Shown piece after piece: positions 1-10,328 of a stretch of 64,000 nt of DNA. Origin of the DNA: an uncultured Gemmatimonadales bacterium (GTDB lineage Bacteria > Gemmatimonadota > Gemmatimonadetes > Gemmatimonadales > GWC2-71-9); NCBI GenBank assembly GCA_963779755.1, contig CAVZZO010000003.1, forward strand, positions 1,600,001-1,664,000. Reading direction: 5' to 3'. Within the stretch, counting starts at the first letter, position 1. Each line of letters opens with the position of its first letter. The notes beneath the pieces are model-generated. The model saw nothing but the letters and a program-made list of their open reading frames with translations. It made no database searches and was not told where the DNA came from. The translations under genes were made by a program, and so were the position numbers.

Positions 1-347
1 GCCTCCGCCAACGGCAGCTCGATATTTTCCCGCGCGGTCAGCACCGGCAGCAGGTGAAACCGCTGGAAGACAAACCCGATCTCCCGCAGCCGGAGCCGGG
101 TCAGCTCGCGGTCCGGCAGCCGGTCGAGCCGGGTGCCGCGCAGAGTTACGTGGCCGGCCGTCGGCAGGTCGATGCCCCCCAGCAGGTGCAGCAGTGTGGA
201 CTTGCCACAGCCGCTCGGCCCCGACACCGCCACGAACTCCCCGGGCCGGACGGCGAGCGACACACCGCGGACGGCGTGGACCGTCTCGCCGTTCATGGGA
301 TAGTCGCGGTGCAGGTCGTGCGCCTGCAGGACGGGTGTGGCGCTCAC
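1..347 (-). CDS. ABC transporter ATP-binding protein (LolD/MacB-type), runs off the window edge
   Basis: Own translation from GTG at 347: MSATPVLQAHDLHRDYPM...GPSGCGKST (Walker A)...IGFVFQRFHLL (Q-loop); GTGA overlap with the permease stop. Confidence 0.9.
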   Translation of the reverse strand, partial: MSATPVLQAHDLHRDYPMNGETVHAVRGVSLAVRPGEFVAVSGPSGCGKSTLLHLLGGIDLPTAGHVTLRGTRLDRLPDRELTRLRLREIGFVFQRFHLLPVLTARENIELPLAE

Positions 348-1534
348 GGCGCCTCCGCCCGCAAGGTGGCGGCAATGGGAAGCCGGGCGGCGAGCCAGGC
401 GGGATAGGCCCCGGCCAGCAGTCCCGAGAGAACGAAGACCAGCGCGGCGGCAAGCAGGGAGCCGGGGCGCACCACGAAGAACGAGACCGCGGCGGGGAGC
501 CCGGGGAACGCCTTGAGAATGGCATCGAGGTAATGGGCGGTCACCAGGCCCAGCCCGGTGCCGATCACGCCTCCGATCACCGTCAGAACCGCGCCCTCGG
601 CTACCACCTGCCGGACGATATGCGCCCGGCTGAGCCCGATGGCGCGGAGGGTGGCGATCTCCCCCAGCCGCTCGTTTACCGTGACGGTGAGCAGGGTACT
701 CACCAGTAACAGCGTGATCACCAGGCTGATGGTGCCCAGGATGCGGGAGAGCTGCTGGAAGTAGACCAGCCGCTGGCGGAAGAAAATGGCCATGTCGGCC
801 ACGCTGTTCACTTCCAGGTCGGGGAACCGGGCGCGATAGCGGCGGACCACCGCGTCGACCTCCGCATCGCTGCGCACCTTCACCGCGATGGCCGAGACGC
901 GATCGCCCTCGCCGCGGCCGGTGAGCTGCTGCATCACCGGGAAAAGGCCGCCGATCGAGGGCTGGCCGGCGGGGTCGTAGAGCCAGCGCACCCGGCCCCG
1001 GACCACCATTATCCGGCGCACTGCGCCGGCCGCCTGCTGCGGGTCCAGCCGGCCCAGCAGGGTAACGGTGTCGCCGATCGCCAGGCCCGCTTGCTCCTGG
1101 GCGGGCGTGCTCACCAGCAGTCCGGCGGAATCGCCGGGAGCCAGGTCGTGCCCCGCCTCGACGTCATAGAGGAGCCGGGCCTCCGGCAGCACGCCGTAGC
1201 CGAACAGCGTCACCAGCGAGTCGCCGCGGCGCACGAAGACCGCCCCGCCCAGCAGGGGAGCCACCGACGCGACCCGCGGATCCGCCTGGAGCGAGTCGGC
1301 CAGCAGGTGGAACCCCGGGATGGTGGCTTCGGTATCGAAAGGCAGGGTGCCCCGCGGGGAAATTCTGATCTGGTACCCGCGCGAGAGCAGGAGCCGCATG
1401 AAGCTCCGGTCCAGCCCGCCGCCCAGCATGATCATGTCGAGCAGGAGCGCACAGGTCACCGCCAGCCCGGCGAGCGAGAGCGCGGTGCGCAACCGATGCC
1501 GCCACAACGAGCGCACCACCCAGAGCCAGGCCAT
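344..1534 (-). CDS. ABC transporter permease (MacB/FtsX/LolE family)
   Basis: N-terminal 'RHRLRTALSLAGL', periplasmic loop, C-terminal 'ERLGEIATLRAIG' and 'YPAWLAARL' FtsX motifs. Confidence 0.9.
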   Translation of the reverse strand: MAWLWVVRSLWRHRLRTALSLAGLAVTCALLLDMIMLGGGLDRSFMRLLLSRGYQIRISPRGTLPFDTEATIPGFHLLADSLQADPRVASVAPLLGGAVFVRRGDSLVTLFGYGVLPEARLLYDVEAGHDLAPGDSAGLLVSTPAQEQAGLAIGDTVTLLGRLDPQQAAGAVRRIMVVRGRVRWLYDPAGQPSIGGLFPVMQQLTGRGEGDRVSAIAVKVRSDAEVDAVVRRYRARFPDLEVNSVADMAIFFRQRLVYFQQLSRILGTISLVITLLLVSTLLTVTVNERLGEIATLRAIGLSRAHIVRQVVAEGAVLTVIGGVIGTGLGLVTAHYLDAILKAFPGLPAAVSFFVVRPGSLLAAALVFVLSGLLAGAYPAWLAARLPIAATLRAEAP

Positions 1535-2365
1535 TCAGCGGCTCCAGAGCGCCAGCGGGCGGGTCCGCACCAGGCGCCAGGCGGCGATGCTCCCCGCGCC
1601 CAGGCCCAGCACAATCGACAGGAGCACGCTGAAGAGGATGATGCCCGGCGTGATGACGGAAAAGACCAGTCGGGTCTGGAAGCGATGCTCGTAGTAGAGG
1701 TTGGTGAGCGCGCCCGCCGCCTGGGCGATGCCGATCCCCAGCGCCGAGCCGAGAATGGCGATCAGCGTGGCCTCCAGGGCCAGCGCGCCGAAGACGGTGA
1801 CGGAGCGGACGCCGATGAGCCGCATCACCGCCGCGTCCTTGCGGCGCTCTTCCACCTTCAGCAGCATGATGCAGAGCAGAAAGACGGCGCTCGCCACCAC
1901 CGAGATCACCGCAATCGCCCGGTGAAACCGGCTCACCACCACGAAGGTGCGGGACGACTGGGAGGCGATGGCCCGGCTGGAGCGCGCTTCGTAGCCGAAC
2001 GCTACCCGGTTAAGCGCCGCGGCCGCGCTGTCGGGCGCGACACCTTCCCGGAGGCCGAGGCCGAACCGGTCCACCCGGTCGGGGGCTCCCAGCAGGCGCT
2101 CCAGGTCGGGCAGGTGCATCTGGAGATGCCACTCCTGCCGGGTGATGGTTGCGGGGTCGGGCGCCGGTTCGTAAATGGCGGCGATGACGGCCCGGGTGTT
2201 CAGCGAATCGGTGCTCGTTCCCAGCGCCACCGTATCGCCCACCTGAAGGTGCAACTCGCCGGCCAGGCGCCGCTCGACCGCAACGGGAACGGCCTGGGCC
2301 CGCGCGGGCCGCGGGCACCAGGCCAGCAGGAGCAAGGCAGCGGCAAGGAGACCGCACTTCCCCAT
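1535..2365 (-). CDS. ABC transporter permease (short FtsX-like)
   Basis: 'EERRKDAAVMRLIG' FtsX motif, TM helices, abuts the next permease; start uncertain. Confidence 0.8.
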   Translation of the reverse strand: MGKCGLLAAALLLLAWCPRPARAQAVPVAVERRLAGELHLQVGDTVALGTSTDSLNTRAVIAAIYEPAPDPATITRQEWHLQMHLPDLERLLGAPDRVDRFGLGLREGVAPDSAAAALNRVAFGYEARSSRAIASQSSRTFVVVSRFHRAIAVISVVASAVFLLCIMLLKVEERRKDAAVMRLIGVRSVTVFGALALEATLIAILGSALGIGIAQAAGALTNLYYEHRFQTRLVFSVITPGIILFSVLLSIVLGLGAGSIAAWRLVRTRPLALWSR

Positions 2366-2413
2366 TCCCGTTTCCCCCTTCCCGCGGTTACGCCTTACGC
2401 CCTACCATGGTAC

Positions 2414-4834
2414 CTACTGGCTCTTCTTTGGTTCCAGGGCGCGGCTGATCGCCGCCTTGACCGTGACCCGAGTCTCGGTCTTCAACGCGTCCCGGAGCGC
2501 CGCTTTGCCCGCCGGGCCGCCGACCTGCCCCAGGGTACGGGCCGCCATACTGGCGAAGATCGGATCGGGATCGGCCAGATACCGCCGTGCCACCGTGGTC
2601 GCCCGGGCGCTGTCCACCCGGGCCAGACGCACCAGAGCACCCATGCGCATGTTCCGGGTTTCCATCGGATCGGTGAGCCGGGCGAGCGCGGCGGCCGCCG
2701 CGGGCTCGTGCCGCCGAGCCAGGAGCTGGACGGCTGTGCCGCGCATCTGCGCCGGTTCCGTCGTATCGGTTGCCGCCAGCAAGGCCTGGAGCACTCCCGG
2801 GTCGGCGCTGCCGGCGTAAACCCGCAGCGCATTGGCCCGAACCGTGAGACTGGGGTCGTGCTGGTACATGCTCCGGGCGCTGTCCACCGCGGCCGCCGAG
2901 TCCCGCCGGGCCAGGACATTGAGCGCCGTGGCGCGCACCATGCTGGACTGATCCTGCAGCGCGGCACGAGCGATCTGCAGCGAGAGCGTGTCCCGATCCT
3001 CCCCCAGTTGCCGGACAGCCTCCACCCGTAAATAGGGCGAATGCTCATTCAGCGCCACGAACTGGCGGCCGTTCACCGCCGCCGTATCCGTCAGGCTGTC
3101 GAGCTGCCGGAGCGCCCAGTTGCGCGCGGTGAAGTCCATATCGTGGCGGGCCATATCGGCCAGCTCGTGCGGCGTCTGGTCCGTCTCGACCGTGCCCAGC
3201 AGCCAGCCCCCTTCGTCGAACCGGAAAGACAGCGGCTTGCCGGGGACCGGAACGGAGAAGGTTTCCTTCGCCTTCGACACCATGATATCCTGGCGCACGA
3301 CCGAATCGGCGGTGATGACGCGGACGGTCACCGGAAAGCGGAACAGCGGGTGCAGCGAATCCACCGTCTGCGTCTGGGCCACCGTTACGTGCAGCGTCTT
3401 CCCCGCGCTGTCCCAGTGGCGGGAGACTTTCACCCGGGGATAGCCGATGCCGTAGGCCCACTGATTGAAAAACCAGTCGAGGTCCCTGCCGCTGGCCTTT
3501 TCCATGGCAACGGCATAGTCGGCCGTGGTGGCCGCCTTGTAGGCGTTGTCCACCAGATAGCGGTGCATGCCGGCCCAGAAGACCGAGTCGCCCAGCAGGC
3601 GGCGCAGCTGGTGGGCCAGCTGGGCCCCCTTGGGATACACGTGTCCGCTGAAGAAGAGCACGATGGGGTCGTCCCCCTGATATTCTCCCCAGACCAGCGG
3701 CCGTTCCTGGTTCCGGTCGGCGGCCATGGCGGACCGCTGCTGGTTGTACCAGTCCCACTGCGCCTCTTCCCGGCCGCGGCTCTTCTCCAGCTCCACCGAT
3801 TCCATATAGGTGGTGAGTCCTTCGTTGAGCCAGATGTTGGCCCAGTTGGCCGTGGTCACCAGGTCGCCGAACCACTGGTGGGCCAGCTCGTGCGCGTTGA
3901 GCCCGCGGCCGCTCTGCTCCGGCTCGGCCGAGGCGGGGTGCAGCGCCAGGTCGGTCTGGGTGGTGGCCGAGACGTTTTCCATGCCGCCGAAGGTGAAGTC
4001 GGGGATCACCGCCTCGTCATACTTGGCCCAGGGGAAGGGCACGCCCAGCACCTGGCTGTAGATCTCGATCATCTGGGGCGTCTCGCCGAAGGTGCGCCAG
4101 GCGGCGAGCACCGTGTCGGGCTTCACCCAGTAGTCCACCGGCTTGTCGCGCCAGTGGTCGTGCAGAATGGCGAAGGGTGCCACCACCACCGAGTAGAGAT
4201 AGGTCGACGCCGGCTGCTCCTGCGACCAGTGCCACACCTTCTGGGCGCCGCCGTCGACCGGCGTCACGCTCACCAGCCGGCCGTTGGAGAGCACCTTCAT
4301 GTTCGAATCGGCCGTGACCAGGAATTCCCAGGTGGCCTTGTCGTTCGACGCATCCCAGGTGGGGACCCAGTTGCGGGTCTCGGTCGCCTCGCCCTGCGAC
4401 CAGATCACGTGCTGCCGGGGCACGAAGTAGATCCCCCGTTCGGGCACGGTGTGATACCTGAGGCTGAACACCACGGTGTCGCCGGGCCGGGCGGTGCGAC
4501 GCAGCCGGACGGTCACCGAGCTGGTGTCGAAGCGGAACCGGAGCCTGCGTCCCGCGGCGTCGGTGGCGGCATCGATGGTCAGGTTGCCGGCGTCCAGCCG
4601 CACAGTACTGGTGGGATGGTCCCGGACCACCAGCGTGGTGGTGACGTCGCCCTGTACCAGATGTCGTGCCGGGTCGAACCGGACGGCGATCTTCTGGTGC
4701 TGCAGGTCGAACGCATGGGGCCGGTTGGGCCAGGTGCGCGGCGGCTGATACTGGCCGACGGTACCGGAAGGAACGCCCTGCGCCGCCAGCGCGGCCGGGA
4801 CGAGAAGAGCGAGCAGAATGAAGGGGGGTCGCAT
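2414..4834 (-). CDS. M1 family zinc aminopeptidase with C-terminal HEAT-like repeats, secreted
   Basis: GGMEN motif, HELAH...NEG zinc motif, signal peptide from ATG 4834. Confidence 0.92.
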   Translation of the reverse strand: MRPPFILLALLVPAALAAQGVPSGTVGQYQPPRTWPNRPHAFDLQHQKIAVRFDPARHLVQGDVTTTLVVRDHPTSTVRLDAGNLTIDAATDAAGRRLRFRFDTSSVTVRLRRTARPGDTVVFSLRYHTVPERGIYFVPRQHVIWSQGEATETRNWVPTWDASNDKATWEFLVTADSNMKVLSNGRLVSVTPVDGGAQKVWHWSQEQPASTYLYSVVVAPFAILHDHWRDKPVDYWVKPDTVLAAWRTFGETPQMIEIYSQVLGVPFPWAKYDEAVIPDFTFGGMENVSATTQTDLALHPASAEPEQSGRGLNAHELAHQWFGDLVTTANWANIWLNEGLTTYMESVELEKSRGREEAQWDWYNQQRSAMAADRNQERPLVWGEYQGDDPIVLFFSGHVYPKGAQLAHQLRRLLGDSVFWAGMHRYLVDNAYKAATTADYAVAMEKASGRDLDWFFNQWAYGIGYPRVKVSRHWDSAGKTLHVTVAQTQTVDSLHPLFRFPVTVRVITADSVVRQDIMVSKAKETFSVPVPGKPLSFRFDEGGWLLGTVETDQTPHELADMARHDMDFTARNWALRQLDSLTDTAAVNGRQFVALNEHSPYLRVEAVRQLGEDRDTLSLQIARAALQDQSSMVRATALNVLARRDSAAAVDSARSMYQHDPSLTVRANALRVYAGSADPGVLQALLAATDTTEPAQMRGTAVQLLARRHEPAAAAALARLTDPMETRNMRMGALVRLARVDSARATTVARRYLADPDPIFASMAARTLGQVGGPAGKAALRDALKTETRVTVKAAISRALEPKKSQ

Positions 4835-5081
4835 TACCACAACCGTGGAGAGAGACTGCTGGACCATAACGGGCCCCTGACCTTCAGACCAGTCTCAAGC
4901 GTCTGAACTGCGACACGGCTCCGCCACCACCAGGCGGCTCGCCATCCGCAGCCCCCCACCCCCACAGCAGTTGCTCCGTGACTCCGTGTCTCCGTGTCGT
5001 GGTTTTCAGCGTCTCACGCATACAGGTGCCTGCGGATGCGCGTGGCACGCCGGCCCGATTTTCATTATCCTATGCATCGTC

Positions 5082-6020
5082 ATGAGCGCCACCGCGCGCC
5101 CTATTCCTGTCGTCATCGATACCGACCCCGGCATTGACGACGTGCTGGCCCTGCTCCTGGCGCTTGCCAGCCCGGAGCTGGAGGTCCGCGCCATCGTCAC
5201 CGTGTACGGCAACGTCACGCTTTCGCACACCACCCGAAACGCGCGGGAGATCGTCCGCCGTACCGGTCGCCGGGTGCCGGTCGTGGCGGGCTCGGCGCGA
5301 CCGCTGCAACGGCCGCTGGTGACCGCGCCGGACACCCACGGAACGGAAGGCACGGGATTCGCCGCCGTTCCGCCCGCCGGGGACGAACCGGGCGATCCGC
5401 TGGCTCTGTATCATGTGCTGGCCGCCAGCCGCGAACCGGTGCTGCTGCTGACGCTGGGCCCGCTCACCAATCTGGCGCATGCCCTGGCGCGCGATCCGGC
5501 CATGGTGCGCCGGGCGCTCAGGGGGCACCTGGCCATGGCCGGAAGCCTGACCGCCCGCGGCACCGCCACGCCGCGGAGCGAATTCAACAGTTGGTGCGAT
5601 CCCGAGGCGGCGGCGGCCGTGCTTGCGGCCCGGCTGGACACCGGCTGGATCGGACTCGACGTCACCCGCCAGTCGCGGTTGACGCACCCGGAGGTGGAAG
5701 CGCTGGAGGACGGCGACCGGCAACGCTGGCTGCGCGATCTGCTTCGCTTCTACGTAGAATTCCATCGCGCGCACGAGGGCTTCGACGGGTGTGTCGTGAA
5801 CGACCCGGTCATTGTGGCCGAAGCCTTCCGGCCCGGCCTGGTACGGTTCGAGCCGGCGCGCCTGCGGGTGGACTGCGGGGAGGGCTCCGAGCGCGGGCGG
5901 ACCGCGCCCGACCCGGCGGGCATCCCGGCGCGCTTCGGCCGGGGGCTGGACGTCGCCGCGATGCGAGCGCTGCTGCGGGAGCGGGTGTTGTCGCCTACAT
6001 CCTGGGGGGCAGATGACTGA
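5082..6020 (+). CDS. Inosine/uridine-preferring nucleoside hydrolase
   Basis: DTDPGIDD, LGPLTNLA, EFN..DPEAA, GLDVT motifs. Confidence 0.92.
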   Translation: MSATARPIPVVIDTDPGIDDVLALLLALASPELEVRAIVTVYGNVTLSHTTRNAREIVRRTGRRVPVVAGSARPLQRPLVTAPDTHGTEGTGFAAVPPAGDEPGDPLALYHVLAASREPVLLLTLGPLTNLAHALARDPAMVRRALRGHLAMAGSLTARGTATPRSEFNSWCDPEAAAAVLAARLDTGWIGLDVTRQSRLTHPEVEALEDGDRQRWLRDLLRFYVEFHRAHEGFDGCVVNDPVIVAEAFRPGLVRFEPARLRVDCGEGSERGRTAPDPAGIPARFGRGLDVAAMRALLRERVLSPTSWGADD

Positions 6021-6957
6021 GCTGAGGCCGACCGTCGCGGTAATCGGAGTGGGTGAGATCGGGTGCGGCTGGGCGGCGCTTACCGTATCCCGGGGCTGGC
6101 CGACCGCGCTGTACGACACCGACACCGGCGCGCTCACTCGCGCCCGCCAGAATGTGATCGAGCGGGCCCAGCGCCTCGCCGCCAACCGTTATGCCGACAG
6201 CGAAGCCACCGAAGAAGGCGTGGGCCTGCTGACCCCCTCCCGCAGCCTGTTACAGGCGGTCGAGGAGGCCGACTGGATCATCGAGGCGACGCCGGAAGAC
6301 CTGCCCGGCAAACAGCGGGCCCTGGAGCACATCGAGCAGGTCTGCCGGCTCAAGGCCGTGGTCACCAGCAGCAGCAGCGGACTGGCCGGCAGCGATCTCT
6401 GCGCCCGGCTCCGCCGGCCGGAACGAATGCTGGTGGCCCACCCCCTGAATCCGGTCGAGCTGATCCCGCTGGTGGAGGTCATGCCCTCGCCTCTCACCGA
6501 GAGCTCCTGCACCGAAGACGTCCGCTACTGGCTGGAAACGCTGGGACGGGTCCCCGTGGTCCTGAACAAGGAAATCCCCGGCGGCATCGCCGGCCGGATC
6601 GCGGCCGCCGTCTGGCGCGAGAGCATTCAGCTGGTGCTGGAGGGCGTGGTGGACGTGCGGGACGTCGATATTGCCGTGCAGATGGGCCCCTGCCTGGGCT
6701 GGACCGCCGCGGGCCCCAATCTGACCTACCACCTGGGCGCCGGCGAGCAGGGCGTGGCCGTATTCCTCGCCAACCTGCTGGGCACTTTCGAGGACTGGTG
6801 GGGTGCGCTGGCCACCTGGACCAAGCTCCCGGCCGAGGAACAGCACCGGCTGGTCAAGGCCATCGAAAAGGCCTATGGCGACCAGCTCCCCTCGCTCCGG
6901 GCGGCGCGCGACCTGCGGCTGGTCCGGGTGCTGAATGCGCTGAGCGAGGAGGAATAG
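6013..6957 (+). CDS. 3-hydroxyacyl-CoA dehydrogenase family (carnitine dehydrogenase/lambda-crystallin-like)
   Basis: GVGEIG Rossmann motif, IEATPEDL..K, SSSSG, AHPLNP..IPLVEV; overlaps upstream stop. Confidence 0.85.
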   Translation: MTELRPTVAVIGVGEIGCGWAALTVSRGWPTALYDTDTGALTRARQNVIERAQRLAANRYADSEATEEGVGLLTPSRSLLQAVEEADWIIEATPEDLPGKQRALEHIEQVCRLKAVVTSSSSGLAGSDLCARLRRPERMLVAHPLNPVELIPLVEVMPSPLTESSCTEDVRYWLETLGRVPVVLNKEIPGGIAGRIAAAVWRESIQLVLEGVVDVRDVDIAVQMGPCLGWTAAGPNLTYHLGAGEQGVAVFLANLLGTFEDWWGALATWTKLPAEEQHRLVKAIEKAYGDQLPSLRAARDLRLVRVLNALSEEE

Positions 6958-6984
6958 GGGAGGGCGAGGCATGCCTCGCCGCGC

Positions 6985-8346
6985 CTACAGCACCGTCTGC
7001 ACCAGCAGCCAGGCGTTGAGCAGCGCGATCACCACTGCCATCCCCCACGCCACCGACTTCAGCACCGGTCCGTTGACGAATTCGCCCATCTTGCGGCGGT
7101 CGCTGGTGAAGATGACGAGCGGGATCACGGCGAAGGACAGCTGCAGGCTGAGAATCACCTGGCTCAGGATGAGCAGCGCCCCCACGCCCCGTGAGCCGGC
7201 GACGGCGGTGACGATGACCGCCGGGATGATGGCCAGCAGCCGGGTAATGAGCCGCCGGATCCAGGGCGGCAGCCGCAGGTTGAGGAACCCCTCCATGACC
7301 ACCTGACCGGCCAGCGTGCCGGTAATGGTCGAGTTCTGTCCCGACGCCAGGAGCGCTACGGCGAAGAGGGTGCTCGCCAGCGTGGTGCCCAGCAGCGGCG
7401 CCAGCAGCTTGTAGGCGTCGCCGATTTCAGCCACGCCCTGATAGCCGCTGAAGTGGAAGGTTGCCGCCGACATGATCAGGATGGCACCGTTGATGAAGAA
7501 GGCGAAGAACAGCGCCAGGGTCGAGTCGATGGTTCCGAAACGGATGGCTTCCCGGCGCGACGCCGGATCGTCGCCCACGCTCCGGGTCTGCACGATGGAA
7601 GAGTGCAGATAGAGATTATGCGGCATCACCGTGGCGCCCAGGATGCCGACGGCGATGTACAGCATGCCGGGATTGCGGATGATGTCGGGATGGGGAATGA
7701 GGCCGGCGGCCACCGCGCCCATGTCGGGCCGCGCCAGCAGCAGCTCGAGCGCGAAACAGCCGCCGATGGTCGCCACCAGGGCGATGACCACCGCCTCCAG
7801 CCAGCGGAACCCGCGGTGCTGCAGCATGAGAATGAGCAGCACGTCGAACGCGGTGAGGCACACACCCCAGATCAGCGGCAATCCGAGCAGCAGGTTGAGC
7901 GCGATGGCCGAGCCGATCACCTCGGCCAGGTCGCAGGCGCCGATGGCGATCTCCGCCAGCACCCAGAGCACGAAATTCGTGGGCCGGGAGTAATGATCGC
8001 GGCACGCCTGCGCCAGGTCGCGCCCGGTGACCACGCCCAGGCGCACCGTGAGCGCCTGCAGCAGCATGGCCATCAGGTTGGAGATAAGGATGATCGACAA
8101 CAGGGTGTAGCCGAACTGCGCGCCCCCCGCCAGATCGGTCGCCCAGTTGCCCGGGTCCATATACCCCACGGCCACCAGGTACCCCGGCCCCGCGAACGCC
8201 AGCAGCTTCCGCAGGAAACCGGCGTTCTTCGGAATGGTGATCGAACGATAGACCTCGGGCAGCGAGGGCGCGTGCCGGGCGAAGCGCCAGCCGCCGGGCT
8301 CTCCGCCCCCGCTTCCCTGGTGGTCGTCGCGCAGAGGGGCGGTCAT
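6985..8346 (-). CDS. mntH: Nramp family Mn2+/Fe2+ transporter
   Basis: YMDPGN and MPHNLYLHS signatures, multiple TM helices. Confidence 0.95.
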   Translation of the reverse strand: MTAPLRDDHQGSGGGEPGGWRFARHAPSLPEVYRSITIPKNAGFLRKLLAFAGPGYLVAVGYMDPGNWATDLAGGAQFGYTLLSIILISNLMAMLLQALTVRLGVVTGRDLAQACRDHYSRPTNFVLWVLAEIAIGACDLAEVIGSAIALNLLLGLPLIWGVCLTAFDVLLILMLQHRGFRWLEAVVIALVATIGGCFALELLLARPDMGAVAAGLIPHPDIIRNPGMLYIAVGILGATVMPHNLYLHSSIVQTRSVGDDPASRREAIRFGTIDSTLALFFAFFINGAILIMSAATFHFSGYQGVAEIGDAYKLLAPLLGTTLASTLFAVALLASGQNSTITGTLAGQVVMEGFLNLRLPPWIRRLITRLLAIIPAVIVTAVAGSRGVGALLILSQVILSLQLSFAVIPLVIFTSDRRKMGEFVNGPVLKSVAWGMAVVIALLNAWLLVQTVL

Positions 8347-9032
8347 GCGCCGGCCCGGCCCTCCGCCGAGCAGAGCAGCCGCAGGGCCATCTCATGCCCG
8401 ATCACCCGGCGCTTCCCGGCCACCCGCAGCGTGAGCGGCCCGCGGAACGGCTGCCGGTCTTCCACCAGCACCCGAACACCGGGCTTGAGACCGTGGCCCG
8501 CCAGGTAACGCAGGTGCTCGGGATCGGAGGTCAGAACCCGCCGGACGCGGATCCGGCTCCCCGCCCCGAACTCGGCCAGGGGCGGAAAGACCAGCTCGTC
8601 GATTTCGCCGCTGGCGGTGGGAATCGGATCGCCGTGAGGATCCACCCGTGGGTTGCCCAGCGCCTCGGCCATCCGCTCGATCAGCAGGTCGCTTACGGCG
8701 TGCTCCAGCCGCTCGGCCTCCTCATGCACGTCGTCCCACTGGTACCCCAGATATTCCACCAGGTAGGTCTCTACCAGCCGGTGCCGCCGCACCATCCGCA
8801 GGGCGACGCGGCGCCCGGCGCGGGTCAGCTCGACGCCCCGGTAGGGCATGTGCCGCACCAGCCCCTGCTCCGCCAGCCGCTTCACCATGCCGCTCACCGA
8901 GGGCGGCGCCAGCTCGAGCAGCTGGGCCAGCTCATTGGTGCCGGCCGCGCCGCCGTTGCGGGTGAGACGATAGATGGCCTTGAGATAGTCCTCGACCGAA
9001 CGGGTGAGAAGATCAGGGATGGCGGCGGGCAT
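8343..9032 (-). CDS. mntR: DtxR/MntR family metal-dependent repressor with FeoA domain
   Basis: [36 protein letters not shown] coupling to mntH. Confidence 0.92.
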   Translation of the reverse strand: MPAAIPDLLTRSVEDYLKAIYRLTRNGGAAGTNELAQLLELAPPSVSGMVKRLAEQGLVRHMPYRGVELTRAGRRVALRMVRRHRLVETYLVEYLGYQWDDVHEEAERLEHAVSDLLIERMAEALGNPRVDPHGDPIPTASGEIDELVFPPLAEFGAGSRIRVRRVLTSDPEHLRYLAGHGLKPGVRVLVEDRQPFRGPLTLRVAGKRRVIGHEMALRLLCSAEGRAGA

Positions 9033-9050
9033 GGCGGGGTATCCTGAGGG

Positions 9051-9070
9051 GGTTTAGGTGTGACTAAACC
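9051..9070. promoter_or_regulatory. Candidate MntR/DtxR-type operator
   Basis: Palindrome GGTTTAG-N6-CTAAACC 18 nt upstream of the mntR start; TTGACA on the minus strand at 9095-9090. Confidence 0.75.
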
Positions 9071-9238
9071 TCCTTTACGATAGTGCGAATGTCAAGTTGT
9101 GGAAATGGTAAGACGACGGACGCCGCGCGGGAACTGCCGGGACCAAGCTCCCGGTTCGCGCCAGTGCCGCGCAGGGCCGGTGGGTCGGGAGACCAACTGA
9201 GCCGGCCGCGGGTGGCCCTGTCTCCGCCTCCCCGTTGC

Positions 9239-10129
9239 CTAACGGTCTACCCGCAGCGCCTGGACCAGCGCGGCGAGCGCCGCCGGCATGTGGCGCCGGC
9301 TGGTGTAGTAGAGGTAGAACCCCGGGAAGGGCTGGCACCAATCCTCCAGCACCCGGACCAGGGAACCTTTCGCGAGATACGGCGCGACCCGTTCCTCGTC
9401 CGCGTAGGCGAGGCCCACGCCGTCGACGGCGGCGCGGAGCATCAGGCCTGCGTCATCGACTGTCAGCGGTCCGTTAATGGCGACGGTGAGCGACTGCTTG
9501 CCCTTGTCGAACTCCCAGCGATACACCCCCGCCGATCCGTGGCGGAAGCCGATGCAGTGGTGGTCGAGGAGATCGCGCGGCCTCCTGGGCCGAGGATGGG
9601 TGGCGAAATATCGGGGCGATCCGACGATCGCGGGGCGGTGGTCGGGCGACACCCGGATGGCAATCATGTCCTGCTCGATGAACTCCATCAGGTGAATCCC
9701 CGCGTCGTACCCACCGGACACCAGGTCGACTCGGTTCTCCCTGCTGGTGATATCGAGCGCGACCTCAGGGTACTGGTGCAGGAACGGTCCCACCTTCGGG
9801 GCCAGCACCGTCATCATGGCCAGCGGGGAGACCGCAAGCCGGAGCCGGCCCACCGGCCGCTGGCCCAGGTTCGCGACCAGGGCGAGGGCATCGCGAATGT
9901 CACCCAGCGCGGGGCGGAGCCGAGCCAGCAGTTGTGCTCCGGCCTCAGTCGGCGCGACGCTCCGGGTAGTGCGGGCCAGCAGCCGCACCCCGACCCGTTC
10001 CTCCAGCGCCCGCACCGCGTGGCTGAGCGCCGAGGGAGTCACCCCCAGGCGGCGCGCCGCCCGGGTGAAGCTTCGTTCTTCCGCGACCGCCAGCAGGGCG
10101 GAAAGCACGCTGAGTTCGTCTCGGACCAT
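9239..10129 (-). CDS. LysR family transcriptional regulator
   Basis: HTH 'SFTRAARRLGVTPSALSHAVRALE', 'RTTRSVAPTEAG'. Confidence 0.93.
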   Translation of the reverse strand: MVRDELSVLSALLAVAEERSFTRAARRLGVTPSALSHAVRALEERVGVRLLARTTRSVAPTEAGAQLLARLRPALGDIRDALALVANLGQRPVGRLRLAVSPLAMMTVLAPKVGPFLHQYPEVALDITSRENRVDLVSGGYDAGIHLMEFIEQDMIAIRVSPDHRPAIVGSPRYFATHPRPRRPRDLLDHHCIGFRHGSAGVYRWEFDKGKQSLTVAINGPLTVDDAGLMLRAAVDGVGLAYADEERVAPYLAKGSLVRVLEDWCQPFPGFYLYYTSRRHMPAALAALVQALRVDR

Positions 10130-10132
10130 TGT

Positions 10133-10145
10133 TGAATACTACTCA
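10133..10145. promoter_or_regulatory. Candidate LysR T-N11-A box
   Basis: TGA-N7-TCA just upstream of the LysR start in the divergent intergenic region. Confidence 0.5.
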
Positions 10146-10328
10146 CAAGCGCTTTGCGATTATACCGGCTACTCCGGTCCGGAGCTGCTCCCTATGATTG
10201 GCATGCCGGAGTCGGGCGGTGTCGAAGCCTCCGGAAGAGGGCGGCGAGCCCCCGGGGGATCACCTCCGATGCGACGCAACACGGGAGTCCGGCAGGTGCT
10301 GGTCTCCGATCCACCGAAGAGGCACGCC

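Noticed and set aside
1091..4906. Long + strand ORFs (646 and 621 aa) and similar antisense ORFs throughout
   Set aside because: Shadow ORFs opposite well-supported genes, expected at high GC; no motifs.
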